NCBI GenBank assembly: GCA_028291945.1
Contig: JAQGNH010000043.1
Coordinates: forward strand, 6,522-70,521
Source of the DNA: Betaproteobacteria bacterium
GTDB lineage: Bacteria; Pseudomonadota; Gammaproteobacteria; Burkholderiales; SG8-41
Direction: 5' to 3'
DNA length: 64,000 bases
The position numbers were made by a program, and so were the translations under genes. Positions 39,254-49,441 of this stretch are shown one piece after another (positions within the stretch are counted from its first letter, which is position 1; every line of letters begins with the position of its first letter). A model generated the notes under the pieces. That model saw only the letters and a program-made list of their open reading frames with translations. It had not been told where the DNA came from and did not search any database.

Positions 39254-42200
39254 TTACAAGAGCTCGCTGAACGCCTGGCGTATCGCTGCGACTCGCGTCT
39301 GGATATCGGGCAGTTTCGCTTCGATCCGTATGCGATCAGGACCTGCAAGTCTGTAATTGCGCCGGCTTTGCACGAGCTTGAGCACTTTGATGGGCTCAAT
39401 GGGCGGATTGGGCACGAACTGCAACTGGATCGCAGATTCGGTGGCATCGACGCGCATGATGCCGAGCGCTTTCCCGAGTATGCGCAGCCGGTGGCTGTCG
39501 AGTAGTGCACGCGCCGGCTCGGGCAGGAGCCCGAAGCGGTCGACAAGCTCTTCGCGCAACAATGAGAGCGCATCTTCATCGTCGCAGTTCGCGAGCCTTT
39601 TGTAGAGTACGAGGCGCTCGTGAACGTCCGTCACGTAGTCGCTGGGGAGCAACGCAGGTACGTGCAGATTGATTTCGGTGGTGATGCCGAGCGGGGCACT
39701 CAGATCCGGTTCCTTCCCCAGCTTGAGTGATTTCACCGCCGTATCGAGCATCGAGCAGTACAGGTTGAATCCGATCTCCTGCATCTCTCCGCTTTGAGAT
39801 TCACCGAGCACTTCCCCCGCGCCGCGGATTTCCAGATCGTGCATAGCGAGAAAGAATCCCGATCCGAGCTCCTCCATCATCTGGATTGCTTCCAGCCGTT
39901 TCTTCGCCTGCGCTGTGACGTTGCCTTCTTCCGGCAGCAGCAGATAGGCGTAGGCCTGATGGTGCGAGCGCCCGACACGCCCGCGCAGCTGATGCAGCTG
40001 TGCGAGGCCAAAGCGGTCCGCGCGGTTGATGATGATCGTGTTCGCAGTCGGCACGTCGATGCCGGTTTCGATGATGGTCGTGCACAGGAGCACATTGAAC
40101 CGCTGCTGATAGAAGTCGCGCATGACGTGCTCGAGATCGCGTTCGCGCATCTGTCCGTGCGCAACGCGGATGCGCGCCTCCGGGACCAGCTTCGCGAGCA
40201 TCTCTTCGATCTGCCCGATCGAATCGACTTCGTTGTGCAGGAAGTACACGAGACCACCGCGTTTGAGCTCCCGCAGCACGGCCTCTCGTATCAGCGCCTT
40301 GCTATAGCGCGATACGAACGTCTTGATTGCGAGCCGGCGCTGTGGCGCCGTTGCGATAACCGAAAAATCGCGCAGGCCTTCGAGCGACATTGCGAGCGTG
40401 CGCGGGATCGGCGTTGCGGTGAGCGTGAGCACGTCCACTTCGGCGCGCAGCGCTTTGAGGCGCTCCTTCTGGCGCACGCCGAAACGATGCTCTTCATCGA
40501 TGATGACAAGGCCGAGGTTCTTGAATTTCATATCGGCCTGGATCAGCTTGTGCGTGCCGATCGCGATATCGACGCGGCCTTCTGCAATGCCCTTGAGCGC
40601 CTCCGCGTGTTCCTGCGTCGAGCGAAAGCGCGACAGCTCGGCGATCTTGACCGGCCAGTCAGCGAAGCGATCGGAAAACGTATTGAAATGTTGCTCTGCA
40701 AGCAGCGTGGTCGGAACGAGCACGGCAACCTGCTTTCCGTCTGCAACGGCCACGAACGCCGCGCGTAATGCCACCTCGGTCTTTCCGAAGCCCACATCGC
40801 CGCAGACCAGACGATCCATCGGCTTTCCGCTCTTCAGGTCCTCCAGTGTGGCGTTGATCGCGGCGGCCTGATCCTGCGTCTCCTCGAACGGAAAGGTTTC
40901 TGCGAACGCTTCGTAATCGTGCTGTTTCAGTTCGAATGCATGGCCCACGCGCGATGCGCGCTGCGCGTACAGGTTCAGCAGTTCTGCAGCAGTGTCCCGA
41001 ACCTGCGCCGCCGCCTTCTTCTTGGCTTTTTCCCACTGTCCGCCGCCCAGCGTGTGCAGGGGCGCCTGCTCAGGGGTGGCGCCGCTGTAGCGCCCGATAA
41101 GGTGCAGATTGGAAACCGGCACGTAAAGCTTGTCATTGCCAGCGTATTCGAGCGTCAGGAATTCGGTTTGTCCTTCACCGAGATCCATGCTCTGCAAACC
41201 CAGATAACGGCCGATGCCGTGCTGCTCGTGTACGACCGGATCGCCGATCTTGACCTCCGAGAGGTCGCGCAGCATGTACTCGTTAGTGGCACGGCGCGCC
41301 TCGCGCTGTGTACGTTGACGTACTTGAGAGGCGTACAGCTCGTTTTCCGTAAGCAGCGCGAGCCGGTCTGCATTGGCGATGAAGCCCGCGTGCAGGGGCG
41401 CAACACCCAACATGACCTTGTCGCTCGCCGCGAGAAACTCGGCGTAGCTCGCCGCGGCCGCAACTTTGAATCCGTACTCGGCGAAATAGTCGTGCATCGT
41501 TTCGCGGCGCCCAGGGCTTTCCGCAAGTAGCAGCACGCGGCCATCGAACGCACTGGTGAATGCGCGGAGCCGGTGCAGGGGATCTTCGGCACGCCGCTCC
41601 ACCGCAAGTGAGGGTAGCGGAGAAGTGGCGCTATCCGCTTGCGCTTCTGCGTGCGATTCGGACTGCGACGCATCATCGTGTTCGACGCGTTTTTCCACAC
41701 CCTCGACAGGCCGCACCGCGCTCTCGGCCCTGACGCCCGCGAGCTCCAGACGCGGGTAATCCTTGAGGGCCCCGAAGAGCTCGTCCGCCGTTAGGAAAAG
41801 CTCCTGCGGCGGCAGCACGGGATTAGCGAGGTCCCCTCGCAAAACGGCGTGGCGGCTGCGCGTATCCTGCCAAAATTCTTCGATCGACCGGGCGAGCCCG
41901 GGGTACACACAGATCGTTGCGCGCTGCGGCAGGTAGTCGGTAATCCGCGCCGTGTTTTCGAAGAACAGCGGGAGGTAATACTCGATTCCCGCGGTCGGTA
42001 CCCCTTTGGAGACGTCCTTGTAGACGCGCGACCTGGACGGATCACCCTCGAACTTCTCCCGGAAATTGCGGCGAAAGCGCGTCTGCCCGGCTTCGTCCAT
42101 CGGAAATTCCCGCGCGGGCAGCAGCCGCACGTCACCGACCTTATAGATGCTGCGCTGAGTGTCGACGTCGAAGCTGCGTATGCTTTCGATTTCGTCATCG

Positions 42201-42742
42201 AAAAGATCGATGCGATACGGAAGCGCGCTTCCCATGGGAAAAAGATCGATGAGCCCGCCGCGAAAGCTGTATTCGCCGGGCGCGACGACCTGTGTGACGT
42301 GCGCGTAGCCCGCAAGCGTGAGCTGACGCCGCAGCTCTGCTCCATCGAGCTTGTCGCCTTGCTTGAAGAAAAAAGTATGGCCAGCGAGATACGCAACGGG
42401 GGGGAGGCGGTAAAGCGCAGTGGTCGCCGCAACGATCGCCACGTCGAACTGGTTGTGCATCATCTGATAGAGCGTTGCGAGACGCTCCGAGATCAGATCG
42501 TTGTGAGGCGAGAAGTGATCGTAAGGAAGCGTTTCCCAATCGGGAAACAGATGCACCTTCAGCCCCGGGTCGAAATAGGGGATCTCTTCGAGAAGTCGCT
42601 GCGCATTCCACGCGCTGTCGGTGACGACCAGCAGCGGGCGAGCGCGAGCCGCGAGGGTCGCAATGGCCAGCGCGTCACTCGAACCGTACAGAGGGGAGGT
42701 GTATTCGCGGTGCCCGGCATCGGGCACGGGAAGCTGAAGCAT
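39254..42742 (-). CDS. mfd: Transcription-repair coupling factor Mfd
   Basis: 1162 aa. It has the helicase motifs GDVGFGKTEVA and DEEHRFG, and a TRG-type C-terminus. Confidence 0.95.
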   Translation of the reverse strand: MLQLPVPDAGHREYTSPLYGSSDALAIATLAARARPLLVVTDSAWNAQRLLEEIPYFDPGLKVHLFPDWETLPYDHFSPHNDLISERLATLYQMMHNQFDVAIVAATTALYRLPPVAYLAGHTFFFKQGDKLDGAELRRQLTLAGYAHVTQVVAPGEYSFRGGLIDLFPMGSALPYRIDLFDDEIESIRSFDVDTQRSIYKVGDVRLLPAREFPMDEAGQTRFRRNFREKFEGDPSRSRVYKDVSKGVPTAGIEYYLPLFFENTARITDYLPQRATICVYPGLARSIEEFWQDTRSRHAVLRGDLANPVLPPQELFLTADELFGALKDYPRLELAGVRAESAVRPVEGVEKRVEHDDASQSESHAEAQADSATSPLPSLAVERRAEDPLHRLRAFTSAFDGRVLLLAESPGRRETMHDYFAEYGFKVAAAASYAEFLAASDKVMLGVAPLHAGFIANADRLALLTENELYASQVRQRTQREARRATNEYMLRDLSEVKIGDPVVHEQHGIGRYLGLQSMDLGEGQTEFLTLEYAGNDKLYVPVSNLHLIGRYSGATPEQAPLHTLGGGQWEKAKKKAAAQVRDTAAELLNLYAQRASRVGHAFELKQHDYEAFAETFPFEETQDQAAAINATLEDLKSGKPMDRLVCGDVGFGKTEVALRAAFVAVADGKQVAVLVPTTLLAEQHFNTFSDRFADWPVKIAELSRFRSTQEHAEALKGIAEGRVDIAIGTHKLIQADMKFKNLGLVIIDEEHRFGVRQKERLKALRAEVDVLTLTATPIPRTLAMSLEGLRDFSVIATAPQRRLAIKTFVSRYSKALIREAVLRELKRGGLVYFLHNEVDSIGQIEEMLAKLVPEARIRVAHGQMRERDLEHVMRDFYQQRFNVLLCTTIIETGIDVPTANTIIINRADRFGLAQLHQLRGRVGRSHHQAYAYLLLPEEGNVTAQAKKRLEAIQMMEELGSGFFLAMHDLEIRGAGEVLGESQSGEMQEIGFNLYCSMLDTAVKSLKLGKEPDLSAPLGITTEINLHVPALLPSDYVTDVHERLVLYKRLANCDDEDALSLLREELVDRFGLLPEPARALLDSHRLRILGKALGIMRVDATESAIQLQFVPNPPIEPIKVLKLVQSRRNYRLAGPDRIRIEAKLPDIQTRVAAIRQAFSELL

Positions 42743-42821
42743 GGACCGCTAAGAGAAAAACCCGCAATTATAGAGAGTTGGGGCACGTGTCGTAAGGTTC
42801 AAGCCGGCACGCTACGGGTAC

Positions 42822-42860
42822 AAAAAATCCCGCCCGCGATTTACCGCGGACGGGATTTTG
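42822..42860 (-). terminator. Rho-independent terminator of the 42876..43946 gene
   Basis: aatcccgcccgcg / cgcggacgggatt form a stem complementary at 12 of 13 positions. A T-run follows on the minus strand (the aaaaaa at 42822-27). Confidence 0.6.
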
Positions 42861-42875
42861 GCGGGTCGAAAGAAC

Positions 42876-43946
42876 TTATCGCGTCGTCGCGGCGGTGGCG
42901 CTTTCGTGCAGGGTCACATACGCGTTGGCCGAAGTGCTTTCGGCGCTGCTCGGTGCGTTCGCTGCATTGAAGGGCCCATCAGGAAACAAGGTCGCCGTCG
43001 ATAGGTCCGGTTGGAGCGGACGCTCGTTGATCACGGGTCCGGCGCCGCTGATGCTCGTCCCCTCGCCACTCGTTACCCCGACAGCTGCGGTCGCCGTGCC
43101 ATTGGTGTCGCTCAAAGGAATGGCGGCCGAACCGCTGATCGTCGCGGGGTCGCTCACTGCGCCTTCCCCTGCAGGTGTGATCGCAGCGGTCGTGCCAGTC
43201 TCGCTGGCGGCCGTTGTGGACGCCTCCGCGGGAGCCGTTTCAGGCGTCATGCTAAGGCTCAAAGGCCGATTGCCACGCGTGTCGACGAGACCTGTTGTCT
43301 GGTCGGGCTGCGCGGGACGCTCGCCTGGAGCGGCCGGAGCATTTGCCGCGCTGTTTGCGGAAGCAGCAGTACTCTCCAAGACTGCCCTGTTATCGGACGG
43401 CGCTACGCCGACGACGGTGGCGCTATCAGCAGTGTTGGCGAGGCGCTCGCGCTCGATTGCAGCGAGCCGCTCCCGCTCGATCGCAGCAAGGCGCTCGCTC
43501 TCAATGCGTGCAATGGTGTCGCGCGTCTGCTGGACGCTCGCCACCTGCTGCGCGCGCACGCGCATGTCTTCGTTATAGCGCGCGGGCGCAGATTCGTTGG
43601 GACTCCACGGTGTCTGCGGGCTCGCCAAGCTCGCGGACTGAATTCGAGCGCTCCGTGCCCGAGCTGGGGGTAGCGATTGCCAAGGTGCGCTTTCGCTGAC
43701 TGAAAGCGGCGTCATGACTTCAGCGAAAGTCGGCGCGCTCGGGGTTGAAGTGACCGCTGCCGGCTGTGAGATGCGCACTCGAGTCGAGTCTGCCGCTCTC
43801 CATGGTGCGCTCTCGTCGACTGATGACGGCGTGCTCACCGTCCAATAGCCTGCTTCGCCCGAATAGGTGTCCCGCGCAGCAGTGGCCAGCGTGGGCCACG
43901 TACATGCGGCCGCCACTGCGGCAGCGATTAATGTTCTTGAATTCAT
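42876..43946 (-). CDS. Secreted repeat-containing Ala/Ser/Thr-rich protein of unknown function
   Basis: It has a signal peptide, MNSRTLIAAAVAAACTWPTLATA. Three ESAPW/ESAPA motifs are followed by the tandem IESERLAAIERERLAAIERERLA, encoded by 24-bp DNA repeats near 43443-43514. Confidence 0.55.
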   Translation of the reverse strand: MNSRTLIAAAVAAACTWPTLATAARDTYSGEAGYWTVSTPSSVDESAPWRAADSTRVRISQPAAVTSTPSAPTFAEVMTPLSVSESAPWQSLPPARARSARIQSASLASPQTPWSPNESAPARYNEDMRVRAQQVASVQQTRDTIARIESERLAAIERERLAAIERERLANTADSATVVGVAPSDNRAVLESTAASANSAANAPAAPGERPAQPDQTTGLVDTRGNRPLSLSMTPETAPAEASTTAASETGTTAAITPAGEGAVSDPATISGSAAIPLSDTNGTATAAVGVTSGEGTSISGAGPVINERPLQPDLSTATLFPDGPFNAANAPSSAESTSANAYVTLHESATAATTR

Positions 43947-44152
43947 CTGCGACGTCTCCTTGCGTGTAGAGTTGGTGACCCAAAGCTGGGCTGCCGTCGG
44001 ACTCGCAAGAGACGTGCCGTAAGAAACTAATCAATTAAACAGCACGTTGAACGGGCCTCTTCAACCTAAATGTCGCTGGCAGGCGACGCGCGGGTACTGC
44101 GACGCGCAACACACGCGCTGAATACGCTGTCGTGGACGAGCGACAGCAAAGG

Positions 44153-45235
<1,083 letters not shown>

Positions 45236-45241
45236 AAAAGC

Positions 45242-45398
45242 GTGATTCGTGAGCCGTGAGCGGTGAGCCGTGAGCGTGAATCGTGGCTGGTGATCCGAAA
45301 TCCCTGAGAATGGGGCGGCAATTCGTGGTGCGCTAAGAGCAGGGCGGCAAGAGTTTGGCGCTCAAAGCCGACAAATCACGAATCACGAATCACGGAAT
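45242..45398. repeat. Inverted-repeat spacer element with tandem-heptamer arms (GTGATTC/GTGAGCS ... ACGAATC)
   Basis: The left arm is about 9 units at 45242-45303 (gtgattc gtgagcc gtgagcg gtgagcc gtgagcg ...). The right arm is 4 units at 45371-45398 (acaaatc acgaatc acgaatc acggaat). It fills the amrA-amrS spacer. Confidence 0.85.
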
Positions 45399-45399
45399 T

Positions 45400-45957
45400 T
45401 CAGCCCTCCTCACACCACTTGGACACCGTATACCTGGCTAGTTTCAGTTCCGGATCCCAGAAGTCGGGCGGCAAGCCCGCCTTCTGTTTGAGATGCGCGA
45501 TGAATTCCGCCGGGTCGGGCAGCTCTTCCCAGACCTGAGGAAGAAAGGTGCTCTGATGAAAACCGTACTCGAATACGATGCCGTCGTGGCCTGCGCGGAG
45601 CTGCGACAGTGCGTGCTGTTCGTTTTCGAATGTAAGCGGCTCGAGGGGTGATAGCAGCGATACTTCGAGCCGTGTCCTTTCGAGCTCTTCGGCGGCGAGG
45701 GAACCGAAGCGCGGGTCGCGAAAAGCCGCTGCCACGGCGTTTGCCTTGACGTCCTCGAGCAGGGGCCGATGCGCGCGCAGCGTACCGATACAGCCTCTCA
45801 GGTCATCGCCCTGTCTGAGTGTCACGAAACACGCTCCGGGATCACGCAGCCATTGGGCGTCTTCATGTGCTGCAGCAGGTGTCAGGCCGAGCTCCCGCGC
45901 AATCGCCGCACGCGCGATGAGTAGAAGCACTTGTCCCGCGTCGGGCTGAATCCTCAC
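45400..45957 (-). CDS. amrA: AmmeMemoRadiSam system protein A (AMMECR1 domain)
   Basis: The LRGCIGTL motif is present. 185 aa. Confidence 0.9.
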   Translation of the reverse strand: MRIQPDAGQVLLLIARAAIARELGLTPAAAHEDAQWLRDPGACFVTLRQGDDLRGCIGTLRAHRPLLEDVKANAVAAAFRDPRFGSLAAEELERTRLEVSLLSPLEPLTFENEQHALSQLRAGHDGIVFEYGFHQSTFLPQVWEELPDPAEFIAHLKQKAGLPPDFWDPELKLARYTVSKWCEEG

Positions 45958-46760
45958 GGCTCGTAAAAGGCGAACGCGCCATATCCTACGACGCGGTTTT
46001 TGTCACCGGCCGTGTCTCCGGAGTTGCGCAGATCGAGAAGCTCGGGCCGAAGACCCCGGCGACGGGCAGCGAGCGTAAGCCCGCATACCGGCGTGGCGCC
46101 ACACGCCTGCTCGTGGTCGAGGTCGGTGCACAGGTGGAGTATGGCTTCGCACGTCGCCTGGTCGATCGCCTTCGCCTCCCTATAGGTAAGGTAGTGCGAG
46201 AGATCGGAGCTCACGACGATCAGGGTTTCGGATCCACCCCACAGCGCTTCCAGTACCTCGGCAACTTCGTCGCTGCGCGCGTCGCCCACGGCCAGCGGGA
46301 CGATTTTGAACTCGCTGAGCACCGTCTGCAGGAAAGGCAAATGTACTTCGAGCGAATGCTCGAGCGCGTGAGCGTCGTTGCTGACGATCACCTGCCGCAG
46401 TGCAACGATTTGCTCTACCGCTTGCGCATCGATCTCAACGGCGCCCAGAGGTGTCGCAAAACGCGCGACGCCAGGAAGCGCCAGCCCGCGCACCGCAACC
46501 CTGTGCGTAGGACCGAGCAGCACGACGCGCTTGATTACATCGCGGGCAGGTGCGAGCAGCGCATAGGCTGTTGCAGCTACGGGGCCCGAGTACACATAGC
46601 CAGCGTGCGGTGCAACGAGCGCCTTGGGCACTGCAGTGGGTCGGGCGGCGACGTTGCCCAGCAATTGTTCGATTTCGTCCGACAGGCTTTTTCTTTCGCC
46701 AGAATAGAAAAGGCCTGCGACGGCAGCCGGTCGTACACTGTTGAACTTAGAACCGATCAT
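45954..46760 (-). CDS. amrB: AmmeMemoRadiSam system protein B (Memo-like)
   Basis: The ATG at 46760 gives MIGSKFNSVRPAAVAGLFYSG. VAPHAGYVYSG is present. It overlaps the amrA start by 4 nt. Confidence 0.85.
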   Translation of the reverse strand: MIGSKFNSVRPAAVAGLFYSGERKSLSDEIEQLLGNVAARPTAVPKALVAPHAGYVYSGPVAATAYALLAPARDVIKRVVLLGPTHRVAVRGLALPGVARFATPLGAVEIDAQAVEQIVALRQVIVSNDAHALEHSLEVHLPFLQTVLSEFKIVPLAVGDARSDEVAEVLEALWGGSETLIVVSSDLSHYLTYREAKAIDQATCEAILHLCTDLDHEQACGATPVCGLTLAARRRGLRPELLDLRNSGDTAGDKNRVVGYGAFAFYEP

Positions 46761-46857
46761 AGCTTTGCGGGTGGGGCTCGGCGGCCTCCGCTTCAAGGGA
46801 ATGACTATTTTACGCCGCTGGTACAATTACCTACTCCGTCTCTATTCTCCCTATCTC

Positions 46858-47592
46858 GTGCCACGCTATTTCGCCTTGGTACCGGCCGCCGGCAGCGGAT
46901 CCCGATTTGGCAACGGCACGCCCAAGCAGTACTGGACGCTCGGGGGCAAACCCTTGCTGTACCACGCACTGCGCGAACTTGCAGCGCATCGATTTATCGA
47001 TCAGGTTTTCGTCGTCCTCGCCCCGGACGACGCTCAGTTCTCATCAGTCGCGTCGGAAACCCTCGGCGGCAAAATTCGGCCTTTATTCTGTGGTGGACAA
47101 ACTCGCGCCGCAAGCGTGCATAACGGTCTGCTGGCTGTGCGCGATGCCGTTGCAAACGATGACTGGATGCTCGTGCACGATGCCGCACGGCCTTGCCTCA
47201 GTGCGGGTGCGCTCGAGCGCCTCATACACGAGCTCGCAGCAGACGAGGCGGGCGGATTGCTGGCCATCCCTGTGGCCGATACGCTGAAGCGGAGCGACGA
47301 CCAGGCCCGGGTGGCGGCGACTGTACACCGCGACGGCCTGTGGCAGGCCCAGACACCGCAGATGTTCAGATACAGCGTTCTTTGCGCAGCACTAGATGCT
47401 TGCGGACCTGCTGCGGTCACGGACGAGGCGGGCGCCGTCGAGAAGCTCGGGTTGAAACCCAAGCTCGTCATGGGCGAAGCGCGCAATCTCAAAGTGACTT
47501 ACCCGGACGACCTGGAGTTAGCGGCGCTCATTCTCGAGAACGCCTGGACCAGCCAAGAGAGAGGAGCGGCGACGGGTGACAAATCGCAGTGA
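46858..47592 (+). CDS. ispD: 2-C-methyl-D-erythritol 4-phosphate cytidylyltransferase
   Basis: ALVPAAGSGSRFG...VHDAARPC. The start is ambiguous: GTG at 46858 or ATG at 46801. Confidence 0.9.
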   Translation: MPRYFALVPAAGSGSRFGNGTPKQYWTLGGKPLLYHALRELAAHRFIDQVFVVLAPDDAQFSSVASETLGGKIRPLFCGGQTRAASVHNGLLAVRDAVANDDWMLVHDAARPCLSAGALERLIHELAADEAGGLLAIPVADTLKRSDDQARVAATVHRDGLWQAQTPQMFRYSVLCAALDACGPAAVTDEAGAVEKLGLKPKLVMGEARNLKVTYPDDLELAALILENAWTSQERGAATGDKSQ

Positions 47593-47663
47593 GATCTCAA
47601 ACGTGAGCCGGGCGAGCGGCGAAGGCATACTCGGCCCGTGCTCGAGCCCCGCGGCATAAATCT

Positions 47664-48158
47664 ATGAGAATCGGTCAGGGCTTCGACATTCATGCGCTCG
47701 TGCCGGGGCGCAAGCTCATCATCGGCGGCGTGGAAATCGCGTACGAGCGCGGCCTCGCTGGCCATTCCGACGCCGATGTTCTGTTGCATGCGATCTGCGA
47801 TGCGTTGCTGGGTGCCGCCGGGCTCGGCGACATCGGCACCCACTTTCCAGACACCGATCCACAGTATCGAGGGGTCGACAGCCGCGTAATCCTGCGCCGC
47901 GTCAGTCGCCTCGTGAAAGCCAGCGGCATGCTGGTAGCCAATATCGATGCGACGATCATCGCCCAAGCTCCGAAAATGGCGCCGCACATTGCGCGCATGC
48001 GCGAGAACGTTGCGCAGGATCTTGGGCTCCTGGCCGGCGCGGTCAACGTCAAGGCCAAGACTGCCGAGCGGCTCGGCGCGGTCGGCCGTGGCGAAGGCAT
48101 CGCTGCCGAAGCCGTTGCGCTGCTGCTGCCGGAGCCCTCGTCGAGCGATGGCGGCTAG
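47664..48158 (+). CDS. ispF: 2-C-methyl-D-erythritol 2,4-cyclodiphosphate synthase
   Basis: [12 protein letters not shown]...[19 protein letters not shown]. Confidence 0.95.
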   Translation: MRIGQGFDIHALVPGRKLIIGGVEIAYERGLAGHSDADVLLHAICDALLGAAGLGDIGTHFPDTDPQYRGVDSRVILRRVSRLVKASGMLVANIDATIIAQAPKMAPHIARMRENVAQDLGLLAGAVNVKAKTAERLGAVGRGEGIAAEAVALLLPEPSSSDGG

Positions 48159-48693
48159 CGGGCTCGACCGCGCCCGAGTATTTTTCGCGCTGTGGCCGGA
48201 CGCTGACGTCACGAACGCCCTCGCCGCGGCAGGGCGTGTGGCACAGGAGGAATGCGGCGGCCGCGCCATCGCGGCAGAAAAACTCCACATGACGCTGTTC
48301 TTCGTCGGCAATATCGAACGGGCGCGCCTTGCGTCGCTGAAGGCGCTTGCGCGCTCGATCGACGGCGCTGCATTCGAGGTCGATATCGACACGATCGCTT
48401 ATTGGCGTCACAACCGAATCGTGTGGGCCGGGACCCAACGCTGCCCACGCGAGCTCGCCGGGCTCGTACATGGTTTGCACGAGCGTCTCGCGACCGAGGG
48501 CATCAAGGGTGAAGACAGGCCTTATGCCCCGCACGTGACGCTGGTTCGCAATGCGCAGCGTGCGCCGCAGCGAACCGGCCTGGAGCCGTTCGCCTGGCGC
48601 GCTGACGACTTCGTACTTGTCGAGTCCGTTCCCGGACACGGTGGCGTACGATACGATGTGATCGAACGCTGGCGCCTTGCCGCGCCTGCATAA
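48148..48693 (+). CDS. thpR: RNA 2',3'-cyclic phosphodiesterase (2H family, ThpR/LigT)
   Basis: It has two HxT motifs (HMTLFF and HVTLVR). The ATG at 48148 overlaps the ispF end. Confidence 0.8.
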   Translation: MAASGLDRARVFFALWPDADVTNALAAAGRVAQEECGGRAIAAEKLHMTLFFVGNIERARLASLKALARSIDGAAFEVDIDTIAYWRHNRIVWAGTQRCPRELAGLVHGLHERLATEGIKGEDRPYAPHVTLVRNAQRAPQRTGLEPFAWRADDFVLVESVPGHGGVRYDVIERWRLAAPA

Positions 48694-48714
48694 TCCGCTG
48701 CCAAGGGGAGCACG

Positions 48715-49197
48715 ATGAACGGTGCCGCGTTTGCCGCAGTTTTCGTGCAGGAGGGAAAACGTGCGGCCCCCGGCTCGGACACACTCCTGCTGCCGGACTG
48801 GCGCATCGACGACTGGCGCAAGCTTCTCGCCGGCACAAGCGTAAAACAGTTCCGTACGAGCGATGTGGTCATACAGCGCGACGTGCAAGAGCGAGTGCTC
48901 TACTTCGTCGCAGCCGGTACGCTCGAAGTGGGCGTGACCACCTTCGACGGCGTCAGCGTTTCGCCGCTCGCTCGCATCGGGCCGGTCAGCGTTATCGGTG
49001 AACAGTCGTTCTTCGACGGCCACCCGCGCTCGGCTAACGTGTGGGCAGTGACGAACGGGACACTGCTACGCTGGGAGTTTCAGGCGTTCGAGCAGTTCGG
49101 AGCCCAGGAGCCCCACCTTGCGCGCGACGTCATATTCGCTGTGGCGCGCGTGCTTTCGACGCGGTTGCGCATGACGACCATACGTGTGAGGCGCTAA
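48715..49197 (+). CDS. Stand-alone cyclic-nucleotide-binding (CAP_ED) domain protein
   Basis: VIGEQSFFDGHPRSANVWAV is the phosphate-binding cassette. 160 aa with no output domain. Confidence 0.7.
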   Translation: MNGAAFAAVFVQEGKRAAPGSDTLLLPDWRIDDWRKLLAGTSVKQFRTSDVVIQRDVQERVLYFVAAGTLEVGVTTFDGVSVSPLARIGPVSVIGEQSFFDGHPRSANVWAVTNGTLLRWEFQAFEQFGAQEPHLARDVIFAVARVLSTRLRMTTIRVRR

Positions 49198-49198
49198 C

Positions 49199-49441
49199 GC
49201 CGTCAGCGGTCAGGCGGCACTGGTCAGCCGTTCACCGCGTGAGTGAGCAGAACGTATTCGATAGAGCGGGTGCGCGAGTTCGATGATGCGGGGGCTTTCG
49301 CCTTGGTGTGACCGCTGACGGCTGATCACTGATGGTTCAGGTATTACGCTGACGCTTGACCGCTGACCGCTGACGGGTTTTTGGTTTGATGGCTGACCGC
49401 TGACGGTTTAGGTCTGACGGCGGGCACCTGACCGCTGACGT
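49199..49441. repeat. Repeat cluster built from the 11-mer GACCGCTGACG and its complement
   Basis: One inverted copy, cgtcagcggtc, lies at 49201-11. Exact direct copies start at 49310, 49365, 49395 and 49430, with a near copy at 49358. The cluster extends into the 3' end of the envZ ORF. Confidence 0.85.

Noticed and set aside
38605-39579. A 324-aa minus-strand ORF. It includes a possible small gene starting at the ATG at 39240 (MKIGAGTLVQIERRDHHAGRTVGKVPVRTLNGYL...), just downstream of mfd.
   Set aside because: It stays open only because it runs antisense through the low-complexity Ser-rich lipoprotein gene and into mfd. It has no stop for 390 nt past the plausible domain and no RBS. A genuine short gene in 39110-39240 cannot be excluded, but the sequence alone does not support one.
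39794-42970. Long plus-strand ORFs (39794..40768, 40919..41530, 41849..42970) opposite mfd.
   Set aside because: They are antisense to an unambiguous 1162-aa Mfd gene. They have no recognisable motifs and are a GC-rich artefact.
49300-49441. A possible CRISPR array, suggested by the regularly recurring GACCGCTGACG.
   Set aside because: The repeat units are only 7-11 nt with irregular 15-35 nt spacing. There are no unique spacers of uniform length and no cas genes. The repeats are self-complementary with a partner at 49201, which fits the inverted-repeat element family.
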